A DNA stretch of 64,000 nt from NCBI RefSeq assembly GCF_009914755.1, contig NC_060941.1, one strand, 5' to 3'. A program made the position numbers and the translations under genes. The notes below the pieces were generated by a model that was given only the letters and a program-made list of their open reading frames with translations, made no database searches and was not told the DNA's origin. Numbering within the stretch: position 1 is the first letter of the stretch; each line of letters begins with the position of its first letter. Below are positions 51,122 through 64,000 of the stretch, piece by piece. Source of the DNA: the human T2T-CHM13v2.0 reference genome, Homo sapiens.

Positions 51122-52089
51122 TCAATCATATTTCTTGACCAAAGCAATCCAGTTCTGGGGAATACGATCTAGTGTTTTCCCCAGACCCAGATTGACAATC
51201 ACATGTCAGTCTTTGAGTCTGGCGTTTACAGTACTGGCGAATATTTACAGTACTAGCAGACAACTTCATAGTTGTTTACTGCCCCTTATTTGAGGAACTC
51301 AGAAATTGATTAACAGAATTTTATCCAGCTGAGAGGCCAGTTATTTGTATATGTTAAAGGTGACATTTTACAAAATTGACACAACCTGAGGTGTACCAAA
51401 GGGGGAGCCTTGAGAGTCAGTAGAGTGAGTTACATGTAACCTGGAGTAACTGATGTGTCACTATTGCATACTTAAAATTATATGTCGGTTGAGAGGATTT
51501 CTTATACTACCAGTGTTTTGTGGAGAAGCCACTCCACTGGAGAGGGAAAGAACAAAATCACTTGTAGGAATAAAGCCTTTTTCCTAAAAAAGCCCTTTTA
51601 AAGTTATTTTCCAGTTGAATACCTTTGATCACTGGATTGTTGTTGAGTCCTGTGGAATGAAAGAAAGTGTAGGGTGCCTCCACCCTGGGCTCGTGGGCTG
51701 GCAGTATTGAAGGATGGAGGAGAACTTGCACACAGTAAGCCATTGATTTCAAAAGTATTTCACATAAGTCATTGACGTTATGAATTAAGAATAGCACTTT
51801 AATATGTAGACTTAGTATATTAAATAAAATAAATTGGCATTTGAGATAAAACCATTACATGGCTGTGTTCTTGTGGCTGACTTTCCCAACCCAGCCGGGC
51901 CTGTGTTCACCCATGTGTCCTTCAAGAAGTTGTATCACCTGATCTCCTCTTGTCCATTTGATTAAATTGTAAGAAACAGACTGAATTTTAGAATGTAAAC
52001 ATTTCAAATAGCTTTTCCAAACATTTCTTCAAAGGCTGAATTAATTTTACTTAATAATTTTTCTCTGATATACATGCTTTAAAAAAATG

Positions 52090-62270
<10,181 letters not shown>

Positions 62271-62300
62271 AGTGGAAGCAGAAGTGACAATGTTTTGATA

Positions 62301-63825
<1,525 letters not shown>

Positions 63826-64000
63826 AATAAATAAATGAATGAATGAACGTGTGTTTTAGTATGGAGATGAGTGCTACAAAAGGTTCAGTTTTATATGGAA
63901 CAGGTAGTAAAATAACACAGTCAAGGCTTAGGAGTTTGGTCTGTGAGTTTAAGGTATTGTGAGTGGGCTAGGCTCGATGGCTCACACCTGTAATCCCAGC

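Overview
Human (primate) genomic DNA, recognisably the PRPSAP2 locus on 17p11.2. Bases 1 to ~7.6 kb are an AT-rich, Alu-poor block that looks like a duplicated fragment of a CCDC144/ANKRD26-family gene. It holds two intact, splice-compatible coding exons, a full-length 7SL retrocopy and an L2; I found no further CCDC144 exon. From ~7.6 kb the sequence is very Alu-dense. A candidate upstream promoter/first exon lies at ~16.4-16.6 kb and the main CpG-island promoter at ~18.1-18.8 kb. PRPSAP2 runs on the + strand: two non-coding exons and six coding exons spell residues 1-194 ([12 protein letters not shown]...AKSPASAK), and the gene continues beyond the window. Intron 7 carries a young, 5'-truncated antisense SVA with a perfect 15-bp TSD. 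Intron 8 is largely an ancient antisense L1 broken up by Alus. Almost all other ORF-track entries are Alu, L1 or SVA translations. I see no evidence for a wholly new biological system. The best leads are: a ~106-bp inverted templated insertion inside an Alu; possible CCDC144-fragment to PRPSAP2 read-through; a four-tier G-quadruplex and an internal splice acceptor in exon 1; leaky start-codon choice; stop-free exon circles; and scars of inverted-Alu collapse. Exon coordinates were read base by base. Repeat boundaries and subfamily calls are by eye and approximate.
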